Below the pieces are notes generated by a model. The model was given only the letters and a program-made list of their open reading frames with translations. It was not told the origin of the DNA and searched no databases. 64,000 nucleotides of DNA from Klebsiella phage vB_KpnP_PW7. Numbering within the stretch: position 1 is the first letter of the stretch; the number at the start of each line of letters is the position of its first letter. The position numbers were made by a program, and so were the translations under genes. Of the stretch, positions 10,043 to 18,206 are shown piece after piece. The DNA is taken from the sequence record PQ409239.1; one strand, 5' to 3'.

Positions 10043-10236
10043 CATTGGGATTATTATCTTATGTATGTACGAGTTAGGGCCTTATAGATAGTTACTCTGC
10101 TAATTTTCTTAACCAAAAAGTAGCTCATGTATGTACGGTTGCAGTGTATTGGTGGGGCTACACCCCCTTACACTATGAGTACCCCCCCGGTACTTAGCTC
10201 TGCTATGTATGACCCTACCCCACCTTACACTGTACA

Positions 10237-10249
10237 CGTTGCTCCGCAA
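10237..10249 (+). promoter_or_regulatory. Candidate vRNAP hairpin early promoter (N4 type).
   Basis: gttgc-TCC-gcaac on the coding strand gives a GGA loop on the template strand. The layout is the same as N4 P2 (gaagc-TCC-gcttc) and sits about 45 nt upstream of the ORF at 10294. Confidence 0.55.
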
Positions 10250-10293
10250 CCTATGGACATGTCGTCCATATCACTCAACCTTGGAGCTATACA

Positions 10294-10617
10294 ATGACTA
10301 CTACTGCATCTGTACGTATGACTGCTGGAACTTTACTCGGTACAGTAAATGAAGCAGCAACTACTGTAGCTGATACCTTTGGTACTGCTACTAAAGCTGT
10401 AGGTATGCTTAACCGTTATGTCACTAAGATGTCTGACAAACAGATTATCCGTGACAAACTGGAAATGCATGAATTCACAGCGAAGCTGGTAGAAGAAACA
10501 GCTATGCAAGAAGCTGTAAGACAGAAAACTATCCTGGAATTCTGCAAAGATGAGCAGAATGGTGAACTCTATGCTTCTGCATATGACCGTTTAACCAAAA
10601 TCCTGTCTAAAGACTAA
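10294..10617 (+). CDS. Hypothetical early protein.
   Basis: 107-aa ORF downstream of the hairpin promoter. Confidence 0.45.
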   Translation: MTTTASVRMTAGTLLGTVNEAATTVADTFGTATKAVGMLNRYVTKMSDKQIIRDKLEMHEFTAKLVEETAMQEAVRQKTILEFCKDEQNGELYASAYDRLTKILSKD

Positions 10618-10624
10618 ATCAAAA

Positions 10625-10653
10625 TTGGCACTCTTCGGGGTGCCAAATTCTTT
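10625..10653 (+). terminator. Intrinsic terminator.
   Basis: Stem ttggcac / gtgccaa, then a T-rich tail. Confidence 0.45.
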
Positions 10654-10730
10654 GAATCAGATAGTTCAACTATTTATTCAAAAAGTAGAAACAAAAACCA
10701 ACTAATCCAACGGATAGTTAAGGAACAAAA

Positions 10731-10907
10731 ATGGCTAAAGCTTCCCTTTATAAACTACAAAGGATTAAAGACGGGAAGTGGATAGATATGGGACCAATCC
10801 CAGGTATATCCACAAACAAAGACCTTACATATCATGAAGCTATATCATTAGCAGCAGATTACAAAGGTTTAACTGGTACTAAAAACTACCGTCACGCTAA
10901 ACAATGA
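10731..10907 (+). CDS. Small hypothetical protein (58 aa), below the ORF-track threshold.
   Basis: ATG preceded by aaggaacaaaa; translation MAKASLYKLQRIKDGKWIDMG... Confidence 0.3.
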   Translation: MAKASLYKLQRIKDGKWIDMGPIPGISTNKDLTYHEAISLAADYKGLTGTKNYRHAKQ

Positions 10908-11038
10908 GGAAAACATAATGCCTGACTTCCGTTGCATCAAGCAATACAAACCTAAGCAGTATAAGAAAGCTAAACCTATCAATGGAGAAACTTCATTGGA
11001 ACGTTTTGTCAAACTATTCAATAACAAAGGTGACAATA

Positions 11039-11251
11039 ATGCCTAAGTATGTGTGTATCAAATCAAAGACTGAAGCTGTACCGGAAGGAACTGTAATCAT
11101 AGCAACACCTACTGGAGCTGGCCGTATTGTATTACTACGTGACAGTGATTTAGTAGTAAGCGAATACAATGACATGCCTTACTTCCAACGTGGTCAGGAA
11201 CTACCACTTACTGGGAGTTTGTGGCACTGGGAAGAATTAAAAACTGCCTAA
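11039..11251 (+). CDS. Hypothetical. Start adjusted to MPKYVCIKSK.
   Basis: In-frame ATG within the 10982-11251 ORF. Confidence 0.35.
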   Translation: MPKYVCIKSKTEAVPEGTVIIATPTGAGRIVLLRDSDLVVSEYNDMPYFQRGQELPLTGSLWHWEELKTA

Positions 11252-11255
11252 AACC

Positions 11256-11272
11256 AAGACGCTCCGCGTCTT
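11256..11272 (+). promoter_or_regulatory. Candidate vRNAP hairpin early promoter.
   Basis: aagacgc-TCC-gcgtctt: 7-bp stem, 3-nt TCC loop, no downstream T-run. Confidence 0.55.
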
Positions 11273-11383
11273 ATGGATGATGTTATGCATCCAATCCTGT
11301 ATGAAATCTTAACCTTTTGTTTGGGTGTTCTCACCGACAGAGGCACTCAGCATAAACTTAATCAATTATCTGGAGAGTACAAA

Positions 11384-11779
11384 ATGGCTATCGAATCCTT
11401 TGCAAAAACCTTTGGTAACAAATCTAACGCAGCTGCTGCAACGGCTGAATCTAAGCCTAAAGCTCAGTATTGGCTGAACATTGGCTATGTTGCTAATGAA
11501 GGCACTGAAGATGAGAAATTCATCTCTCTGCCCACGGGTATTCCACTGGATACCCAGGAGCATCTGCCGACTAACAGCAGCAATGCTGACTTCCGTGCAC
11601 TTCGTTGTGCTCAGAACGACCTGCTGGACCAGCTCATGGACTTTGCTAAAGACCTGGAACCAGGTGCTGAAGGTATCATTCAGCTGCAAGTTCAACTTCG
11701 TCGTGTGAAAGCACCGGAAGCAGATATCCCTGCTGAAGAGAATAAGTATGCACGTACTCTGTCTTTCGTAAGCAAGTAA
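11384..11779 (+). CDS. Hypothetical early protein. Start adjusted to [10 protein letters not shown].
   Basis: ORF downstream of the hairpin promoter and followed by a strong terminator. Confidence 0.4.
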   Translation: MAIESFAKTFGNKSNAAAATAESKPKAQYWLNIGYVANEGTEDEKFISLPTGIPLDTQEHLPTNSSNADFRALRCAQNDLLDQLMDFAKDLEPGAEGIIQLQVQLRRVKAPEADIPAEENKYARTLSFVSK

Positions 11780-11789
11780 ACGTGCATTG

Positions 11790-11819
11790 GGACTCCCTAC
11801 GGGGAGTCCTTTTATTTTT
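11790..11819 (+). terminator. Intrinsic terminator.
   Basis: Stem gggactcc / ggagtccc..., followed by TTTTATTTTT. Confidence 0.65.
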
Positions 11820-11923
11820 AACCGACGATAAACTAAGTTTAACTTTTAAGTCCTTTTCGACGAAGAGGGGATAAAAGCTAACCGTAATTTCGAGCAGCTA
11901 ACTTAGAAGAAGGAGTAAGCAAG

Positions 11924-12226
11924 ATGCGTACATTATGTAACCGTTTTAACCCACAGAAGTTAATCGCTATGACCAGCTTGTATGGTAGTGGTATGGGCTT
12001 TGCCAAACGCTGGCAGGTATCTGTATCAGATGACCGGGGTCGTTGTTATGACCATTACTTTGTAGCTAAGCCTACTCGTAAACAGATTCGTAAACTCCAC
12101 AAAGTGCGTAAGCACTACCTACCTCGTAAATGCTACGAGTGTGGCAAACGAATCAAACTGGGAGATGAGTTTTCCTGGGATGACCTTAACTATGCTCACA
12201 CTAACTGCATTGGAGCCAAGAAATGA
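11924..12226 (+). CDS. Small cysteine-rich, zinc-finger-like protein.
   Basis: 100 aa with CYECGKR ... HTNC. Confidence 0.4.
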   Translation: MRTLCNRFNPQKLIAMTSLYGSGMGFAKRWQVSVSDDRGRCYDHYFVAKPTRKQIRKLHKVRKHYLPRKCYECGKRIKLGDEFSWDDLNYAHTNCIGAKK

Positions 12227-12561
12227 ACTATCAACAAATCATCCTTAACTTCCTTAAAGCATACAAAGCATGGGTAGAGGCAGGTGCACCTAAGCACGAG
12301 ATATTTCATAAAGAGCACGGCTTGTGTACTAACCTGAACAACTATGCTCGTAGCATCTATGCAGATGACGAAGACACTGTATGGTACATCTCAGATGAGC
12401 TAGTAACTATGTTCAGAATGGATGGGTTAAGTGCTTTGATTCCATTTAACCACCCTGAAAAGGGACAGCCTATTTACTCCAATGAAGTACATCATGAAAA
12501 CCCATGGCGTATGCAGTGGGTTGCTAAAACTATCAGCAAACTAGAAGGAGAGACAAAATGA
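12223..12561 (+). CDS. Hypothetical, tandem paralogue 1.
   Basis: 112 aa. Shares FLKAYK.WVEAG.PKH ... EVHHEN.WR..WV ... KLEG with the next ORF. Confidence 0.45.
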   Translation: MNYQQIILNFLKAYKAWVEAGAPKHEIFHKEHGLCTNLNNYARSIYADDEDTVWYISDELVTMFRMDGLSALIPFNHPEKGQPIYSNEVHHENPWRMQWVAKTISKLEGETK

Positions 12562-12896
12562 GCAACATGTACATTATCCTATTGTTCCTGAAAGCCTATA
12601 AAGAATGGGTAGAAGCTGGTGTACCTAAGCATGCATACTTTGACCCTACTCATGGGCTGTGTAGTAACCTGGACCGCTTTGTCTTAAATACCTACCATGT
12701 AGGTGGCAACCGTTTAATATCGATAGGGGACAGTTTATGCTATCTATTTAAAGAAGATGGCTTAAGTGACATATTACCATTTAATAAAACGTCACTTGGT
12801 CAGCCTCGCTACATTCATGAGGTTCACCACGAGAACCTATGGCGTATTAAGTGGGTAAATGACACCATTACCAAACTTGAAGGAAAATTCAAATGA
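12558..12896 (+). CDS. Hypothetical, tandem paralogue 2.
   Basis: 112 aa; paralogue of 12223-12561. Confidence 0.45.
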   Translation: MSNMYIILLFLKAYKEWVEAGVPKHAYFDPTHGLCSNLDRFVLNTYHVGGNRLISIGDSLCYLFKEDGLSDILPFNKTSLGQPRYIHEVHHENLWRIKWVNDTITKLEGKFK

Positions 12897-13084
12897 ATCC
12901 TAATGCTGTTCCACTAGGAACCAAGGTAGTACTTGTAGTATTGGTTGTAGCAGCAATCATTGGTGTATTTGCTGTTACTGGTCCCATTGGTGGACTACTA
13001 TTCTTTGCTTTCCTGACCTACTCAGTATTAAACAAAGCACCACGTAAGGATGTTAACTCACGTGGTGACCAGGGAGACTTCTAA
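12893..13084 (+). CDS. Small membrane protein.
   Basis: 63 aa with a hydrophobic core VVLVVLVVAAIIGVFAVTG. Confidence 0.4.
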   Translation: MNPNAVPLGTKVVLVVLVVAAIIGVFAVTGPIGGLLFFAFLTYSVLNKAPRKDVNSRGDQGDF

Positions 13085-13179
13085 TGGGACCATTGGAATC
13101 ACAGATGTATATCTGGGCAATTATATGGCTAGTAATAGCATTACTGGTAGCACTAGCCTTCTACATTACAGAGGATTAA
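13084..13179 (+). CDS. Possible 31-aa membrane peptide.
   Basis: ATG overlaps the upstream stop (TAATG). Hydrophobic: IWAIIWLVIALLVALAFYI. Confidence 0.25.
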   Translation: MGPLESQMYIWAIIWLVIALLVALAFYITED

Positions 13180-13294
13180 CTAGTGACATACAGTCTTAGA
13201 TGGTGGCTTATATCCTACTGGCAATCAATGCAGATATATAGCACAGGTCTTAACTTCGAACAGAAGTACCGATTCATACAGTATGTAGTCAAAG

Positions 13295-13501
13295 TTGGAG
13301 CTAACAATGCGTAAATCATTAATCATGGGAACCAAAGAAGATGTGCTCACGTCTACTAGACTCCGTAACAAAAATGAACAGAGTAACCGCTATACTAAAC
13401 AAGCTAATACTATGGCAGTGCACAATACTGGTAATACTGTGTCACCTGTTGGTATTAGTAAGCGAACTATTGTGACCTTCAATCACCCGTGCATTAGCTA
13501 A
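13295..13501 (+). CDS. Hypothetical.
   Basis: 68-aa ORF followed by a terminator. Confidence 0.3.
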   Translation: MELTMRKSLIMGTKEDVLTSTRLRNKNEQSNRYTKQANTMAVHNTGNTVSPVGISKRTIVTFNHPCIS

Positions 13502-13506
13502 TATAA

Positions 13507-13535
13507 GAGAGTCCTTCGGGACTCTTTTTATTTTG
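13507..13535 (+). terminator. Intrinsic terminator.
   Basis: agagtcc-ttcg-ggactct followed by a T-run. Confidence 0.65.
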
Positions 13536-13576
13536 TTTTTCAGATAGAGATATTCAGGAGATAGTTATAGATAACC

Positions 13577-13885
13577 ATGAACGAGTTAATTCAAATTGAA
13601 CCAACAAGGTCTGCTATATCTGACCGTAATGTACGCATTCACTATCCTATGCCTTTGCATAATCCCTTTAAATCAAACGAGCGAGTTACAGTAGCTGAAT
13701 CACTATTAGCTTATGAAGCTTGGCTACGTAACCGCCTGATTTCAGGGGATAAACTGATAGTTGCTGAAATGACTCGTATTATCGAGTTATTACAGGATGG
13801 CACAAGTAAACCAGTAGGCTTAATCGGATATGCTGGTGAAATAGACGTAATCCGTAAAATTATCAGTGAGGTGCTTAATCAATGA
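13577..13885 (+). CDS. DUF4326-like protein (NPF motif).
   Basis: 102 aa with PLHNPFK ... AYEAWL. Resembles the paralogue at 15053. Confidence 0.4.
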   Translation: MNELIQIEPTRSAISDRNVRIHYPMPLHNPFKSNERVTVAESLLAYEAWLRNRLISGDKLIVAEMTRIIELLQDGTSKPVGLIGYAGEIDVIRKIISEVLNQ

Positions 13886-14238
13886 AACTAATCGTAGCTG
13901 GTGGAAGAGATTTTGCTAATACTGGGTTAATGATTGAAGCCTTAACTAAATTAGTTGAGGAAAACAAAATAGATTCAAATCCGGAATTAGTATGTGGTAT
14001 GGCTCGTGGTGCTGATATGCTTGCATATAGCCTATGGGCTAACCACAATATGAAAATCTATACATTCCCGGCAGATTGGAAAACTCATACAAGAAGTGCT
14101 GGTTATATTCGCAATGCAGAAATGGGTAATTTTGCAGATGTGCTTGTTGCCTTCTGGGATGGTAAGTCCAGAGGAACCAAGCACATGATTGAATATATGC
14201 AAAAGCTTGGAAAACCTACTCACGTAATAGGATACTAA
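13882..14238 (+). CDS. SLOG / DprA-like Rossmann-fold protein (DUF2493-like).
   Basis: 118 aa with MKLIVAGGRDF ... CGMARGADMLAYSLWA, a DprA/LOG-type glycine-rich motif. Start overlaps the upstream gene. Confidence 0.5.
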   Translation: MKLIVAGGRDFANTGLMIEALTKLVEENKIDSNPELVCGMARGADMLAYSLWANHNMKIYTFPADWKTHTRSAGYIRNAEMGNFADVLVAFWDGKSRGTKHMIEYMQKLGKPTHVIGY

Positions 14239-14239
14239 T

Positions 14240-14464
14240 ATGTCAGCCGAAATCGTAGATAAACGAAATATGGAGTTGGTACCTGCTTCTGTATTAAAGC
14301 AAGGTGACCACATAATTGACCAGTTTAAAAATGTACTGGTTGTTACCAACAACAGTAAAAACTATATGAACTGTACTTCTATTTCTACAGGAGAACCATT
14401 TACATTTTCTTCTGACAAATTAGTACAACAAGTTCATTTAGTAGTCTCGGTGCACTTAATATGA
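14240..14464 (+). CDS. Hypothetical.
   Basis: 74-aa ORF. Confidence 0.35.
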   Translation: MSAEIVDKRNMELVPASVLKQGDHIIDQFKNVLVVTNNSKNYMNCTSISTGEPFTFSSDKLVQQVHLVVSVHLI

Positions 14465-14739
14465 AGATAATTACCTTCCCTACTCATAGAGTTATTTTCT
14501 ATATGGAACAAGAAATTGAAGTTCCATTGTGGGCAAGGTATGTAGCTGCATATCCAGGTAATTATGGCAAGTTAGTATCTTTAATAGGATTTGCCAATAA
14601 GCCTCGTGTAACTAAGAATGGAGTATGGCTCATACCTAAAGTATTCAAAGACCGTCAACAAGAGGAAATAGGCGTTATCAGACACTCTGATATTAACAAA
14701 ACCAACTTTCATAAAACGCTACAAGGCCCATTCAAATGA
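14461..14739 (+). CDS. Hypothetical.
   Basis: 92-aa ORF, coupled. Confidence 0.35.
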   Translation: MKIITFPTHRVIFYMEQEIEVPLWARYVAAYPGNYGKLVSLIGFANKPRVTKNGVWLIPKVFKDRQQEEIGVIRHSDINKTNFHKTLQGPFK

Positions 14740-15056
14740 AACAAATAGCTATTATCCATGACGTAGGGTATGCAGATATTGACAAAATGATGAAGTCCAT
14801 AGATTACGTAAGTAATTACAGTAAAACATTTGATGGAGACTTCTTACTGCATATTCACAAAGACTCAGCATTACTGCCTATTATTGAAGGCTCAGGACTT
14901 CCATATAAAGCAGTGGATGAGTTCATTGAAGAACCAGATGTGATGATTGCATTCTCTACCTGGGATGAGGGTACATTCGCTAAGTCTTCATTAATGAAAC
15001 AATGGATGGCACGTAAGCCCGTATATGCATTTCAATTAGCTAAGGAGGCTCCATGA
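14736..15056 (+). CDS. Hypothetical.
   Basis: 106-aa ORF, coupled. Confidence 0.35.
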   Translation: MKQIAIIHDVGYADIDKMMKSIDYVSNYSKTFDGDFLLHIHKDSALLPIIEGSGLPYKAVDEFIEEPDVMIAFSTWDEGTFAKSSLMKQWMARKPVYAFQLAKEAP

Positions 15057-15454
15057 AAGTAATTAAATTGGGTGATAACACTAATGCTTTACTTGGCGTA
15101 GCAACCTGCCCAATAGTAATTATTAATAAACACCATGGCAAACAAGGTGAATATATTGGGCGAGGTTCCCCATTAGGTAATCCTTACTCACATATGGAGG
15201 GTACCAAAGCCCAATTTAAAACAAAAACCAGAGAGCAAGCAATCGAACTCTACAGAGTATGGCTCAATGAGCAAATAGCTAACAACAATCCTGCTGTATT
15301 AGCTGAACTCAATCGCCTTGGTAATAAAGCCATTGACGACAAAGGGCTGACCTTACAGTGCTTCTGTTACCCGAAACCGTGCCATGGTGAGGTGATTAAA
15401 GAGAAGCTTGTACAGGCTATGTACACTTACTTTGAGGAGCATCCAAATGGCTAA
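15053..15454 (+). CDS. DUF4326-like protein.
   Basis: 133 aa with GRGSPLGNPYSH ... ELYRVWL ... CYPKPCHGEV. Confidence 0.4.
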   Translation: MKVIKLGDNTNALLGVATCPIVIINKHHGKQGEYIGRGSPLGNPYSHMEGTKAQFKTKTREQAIELYRVWLNEQIANNNPAVLAELNRLGNKAIDDKGLTLQCFCYPKPCHGEVIKEKLVQAMYTYFEEHPNG

Positions 15455-15791
15455 TAAAGCTATTAAGCATCCCCAACTGTGGGTTATACGGCATATGCCG
15501 TCAGGTAAATGCATACCTGAACCCAGCTCTGTAGGGGAATCCCGTTATACCTGGGTAGAACCAAGTGATACAGGCATACCTCGACTGTTCCGTAGTGAGG
15601 ACTCAGCCAAACGAGCATTAACTCAATGGCTTAGAGGCAGACACCATCTGGAAACTGATATAGAGGATGCTTGCGAATGGGGCAAATCCTACGAAGTAGT
15701 GGTTGGTACCTACGCAGAGCCTGTATCTACCCGCGAAAGGGCAGAAATGGAAGTAGTACCCGTATCCTTACATACAAGCAATGAGGAGTAA
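15447..15791 (+). CDS. Hypothetical. Start adjusted to MANKAIKH.
   Basis: In-frame ATG of the 15408-15791 ORF next to the upstream stop. Confidence 0.35.
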   Translation: MANKAIKHPQLWVIRHMPSGKCIPEPSSVGESRYTWVEPSDTGIPRLFRSEDSAKRALTQWLRGRHHLETDIEDACEWGKSYEVVVGTYAEPVSTRERAEMEVVPVSLHTSNEE

Positions 15792-15999
15792 TAGTATGTT
15801 AGCTAAAGCAGGTACACGTAAAGACTATGTTCGTAAAGAACTTAAGTTCCAGCACGAAGGTAAGGAGTACGTAGTAGTAATCCAATGTACCAATAGGAAG
15901 CTGAAAGAGGCTGAAAATAACGCAACTTTTAGTTGTGGTGCAAAATTAAATTCATGCGAACTGTTCGATATGACAACTTATAGGAAATCCAATAAATGA
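15781..15999 (+). CDS. Hypothetical.
   Basis: 72-aa ORF. Confidence 0.3.
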   Translation: MRSNSMLAKAGTRKDYVRKELKFQHEGKEYVVVIQCTNRKLKEAENNATFSCGAKLNSCELFDMTTYRKSNK

Positions 16000-16193
16000 G
16001 TAACAAAGTATGTACCTGTGGTAAAGGCTATGTATCCCGCTGGGATAACCAATGTGGTAAATGCCGTACTAATCGTCAGAACAAACAGCACTCTTACATT
16101 CTGAGTCATGACTACCTTTGGGTAGGCGTTGATATGAATGATGAGCAAGCTGTATTGGCTCACTATAAAGAACTCAGAAGGACTCTCAAATGA
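15996..16193 (+). CDS. Zinc-ribbon-like small protein.
   Basis: CTCGKG ... CGKCR. Confidence 0.35.
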   Translation: MSNKVCTCGKGYVSRWDNQCGKCRTNRQNKQHSYILSHDYLWVGVDMNDEQAVLAHYKELRRTLK

Positions 16194-16570
16194 AAGAGGT
16201 ATTTGTATTCGGTAGTAACCTCGCTGGTATCCATGGTGCTGGTGCTGCTAAGACTGCATATAAGAAGCATGGCGCTCGCTGGGGTATGGGCGTTGGTCAC
16301 TATGGTTGCAGCTATGCTATCCCAACCAAAGACCAGCACATCAAGACCATGGCCTTAGAGGACATCAGAACCTTCGTAGAAGGCTTTATCATCTATGCAG
16401 CCTCACACCCAGAATGGGACTTTAAAGTCACCAGAGTGGGTTGTGGCCTAGCAGGATTGGATGATGCTGTTATGGCATCTATGTTCAAACATGCAACTGG
16501 TAACTGTTCATTCGACCTGGCATGGCAAAGCTATCTGGGTGATGAACATACCTACTGGGGAACTTTCTAA
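16190..16570 (+). CDS. Rossmann-like glycine-rich protein, possibly SLOG-like.
   Basis: VFVFGSNLAGIHGAGAAKTA at the N-terminus. Confidence 0.3.
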   Translation: MKEVFVFGSNLAGIHGAGAAKTAYKKHGARWGMGVGHYGCSYAIPTKDQHIKTMALEDIRTFVEGFIIYAASHPEWDFKVTRVGCGLAGLDDAVMASMFKHATGNCSFDLAWQSYLGDEHTYWGTF

Positions 16571-16770
16571 TGACCAAACAAGAAAGGAATTTAAACGCTG
16601 CCTGGGGTGTTTATATTCATGGGCGTCTTCAGTTAATTGAAGAGGCTATTCGTGCAGGCAAACCAGATGCTGAAATAGTAGATGTACTCTTTGGCGAGAG
16701 CAGCATCAATGTAGCCAAACAAACCATTTCAGCAGCAAGAGCATATATTGCGAGGGAAAACGATGAGTAG
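16570..16770 (+). CDS. Hypothetical.
   Basis: 66-aa ORF. Confidence 0.3.
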   Translation: MTKQERNLNAAWGVYIHGRLQLIEEAIRAGKPDAEIVDVLFGESSINVAKQTISAARAYIARENDE

Positions 16771-17041
16771 CTATGAAGAATTATATGGTGCTCACGTAGT
16801 TTACAAGAGCAAGGTATTTGCTGAACTTTATTCAACACTTCAGAGCATGATTAAAGCTCGAACCAAAGCAGGTTACGTTAACGGTATTACCCACATAGTA
16901 GTGCCTGAACAATTTGCTAATGTGCTTTGGATAAGGGATACACCTTGCATCAAAGTAAAAGTATGGCCCTCTAAGGGACGTTATGTAAACACACAGTATA
17001 TCCCTGGCAGACTGTATATCAGTTTTGAAACTAAGCGTTAA
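16748..17041 (+). CDS. Hypothetical.
   Basis: 97-aa ORF. Confidence 0.3.
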   Translation: MRGKTMSSYEELYGAHVVYKSKVFAELYSTLQSMIKARTKAGYVNGITHIVVPEQFANVLWIRDTPCIKVKVWPSKGRYVNTQYIPGRLYISFETKR

Positions 17042-17044
17042 GTA

Positions 17045-17061
17045 AAGCAGCTCCGCTGCTT
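17045..17061 (+). promoter_or_regulatory. Candidate vRNAP hairpin promoter upstream of the RNAPII genes.
   Basis: aagcagc-TCC-gctgctt: 7-bp stem with a TCC loop, about 30 nt upstream of the ATG at 17092. Confidence 0.55.
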
Positions 17062-17091
17062 GTGGTAATTAAACTAATTGAGGAATAAGCG

Positions 17092-17907
17092 ATGACTACC
17101 AAGTTAGAACATCAGATGCAACTCGAACTGTTATTCAGCAAGAACCAACTCATGCCTCGTATGAGGAAAGAGTTCGAAGAATCAGAAGATATCGACTTTG
17201 TCGGTTTCTTCAAAAGCATTGATATCGACCCTAAGTTTGGTATCGATGCAATGGTACAAATGGCTCTGCACAAACGAGCCGACCTACCTACCTTAGTAGG
17301 AAGCCTGTGGCATCACTATGACAATGCACAGGATGTAGCAGACGCCTTATTTAAAATGGCGTCAGAAGACTGCTTTGACTATGACCCTAAGATTGACAAG
17401 TTCATTGTCCGTTACGGGATTAGTCAGGATGTACAGCTGGAACTGGAAGCATTCCAGTATCCACTACCAATGGTAGTTCAGCCTAAAGCTGTTACCTGCA
17501 ACCGAGATACCGGTTACTTAGTAAGTAAGGGCAGCATTATCCTGAAAAAGAACCATACGGAAGATGATGTGTGCTTAGACCACATCAACCGTATGAACTC
17601 TATAAAGCTATCCATCAACTGGGACGTAGCCAAGATGGTTAAGAATAGCTGGAGAAACCTGGATAAATGCAAAGAAGGTGAAACTCGTGAAGAGTATCAG
17701 AAACGAGTAAAAGCCTTTGAGAAGTATGACCGAACAGCTCATGAAGTAATGCAGCTGTTGACCCAAGAAGGAAATGAATTCCATCTGACGCACAAGTATG
17801 ACAAACGTGGTCGTACTTACTCACAGGGCTATCATATCAACTATCAGGGTACTAGCTGGAACAAAGCAGTACTCGAATTTGCAGATAAGGAATATGTAAA
17901 TGAATAG
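17092..17907 (+). CDS. Phage RNA polymerase II small subunit (N4 gp15-like).
   Basis: 271 aa, against 269 aa for N4 p4. Sits upstream of the T7-like RNAP catalytic subunit. Confidence 0.55.
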   Translation: MTTKLEHQMQLELLFSKNQLMPRMRKEFEESEDIDFVGFFKSIDIDPKFGIDAMVQMALHKRADLPTLVGSLWHHYDNAQDVADALFKMASEDCFDYDPKIDKFIVRYGISQDVQLELEAFQYPLPMVVQPKAVTCNRDTGYLVSKGSIILKKNHTEDDVCLDHINRMNSIKLSINWDVAKMVKNSWRNLDKCKEGETREEYQKRVKAFEKYDRTAHEVMQLLTQEGNEFHLTHKYDKRGRTYSQGYHINYQGTSWNKAVLEFADKEYVNE

Positions 17908-18196
17908 CAAACAGAAAATGTTCTACCCACTGGTAGCAAAAGAAGGTGGCATGGGCCTGCTCACTGTAGGCGAGGACGGTACCTTACTCTACTCAGCAAT
18001 TGATACTAAAACGGGTAATCCCGTAACTGTGGTGCTGTACTTCAACGAACAGACCAGCAGTACTCTGCTTAATACCATTGAGGAACTGGCTACTATCCAG
18101 AAGAAGTATGCAGAATCTCGTGTAGACAATGAACCAGCTGAAGAATCATTCCATGCGATGCTGGAAGCATTAAAACCATCCGGTAAACCTAACTAA
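17900..18196 (+). CDS. Hypothetical, inserted between the RNAPII subunits.
   Basis: 98-aa ORF. Confidence 0.35.
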   Translation: MNSKQKMFYPLVAKEGGMGLLTVGEDGTLLYSAIDTKTGNPVTVVLYFNEQTSSTLLNTIEELATIQKKYAESRVDNEPAEESFHAMLEALKPSGKPN

Positions 18197-18206
18197 TTAA
18201 TCCATT

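Noticed and set aside
10020-10088. 22-aa ORF with a perfect aggagg SD five nt upstream.
   Set aside because: The SD and start lie inside the terminator hairpin at 10009-10042, so it is probably a structural coincidence. Kept only as a low-probability leader peptide.
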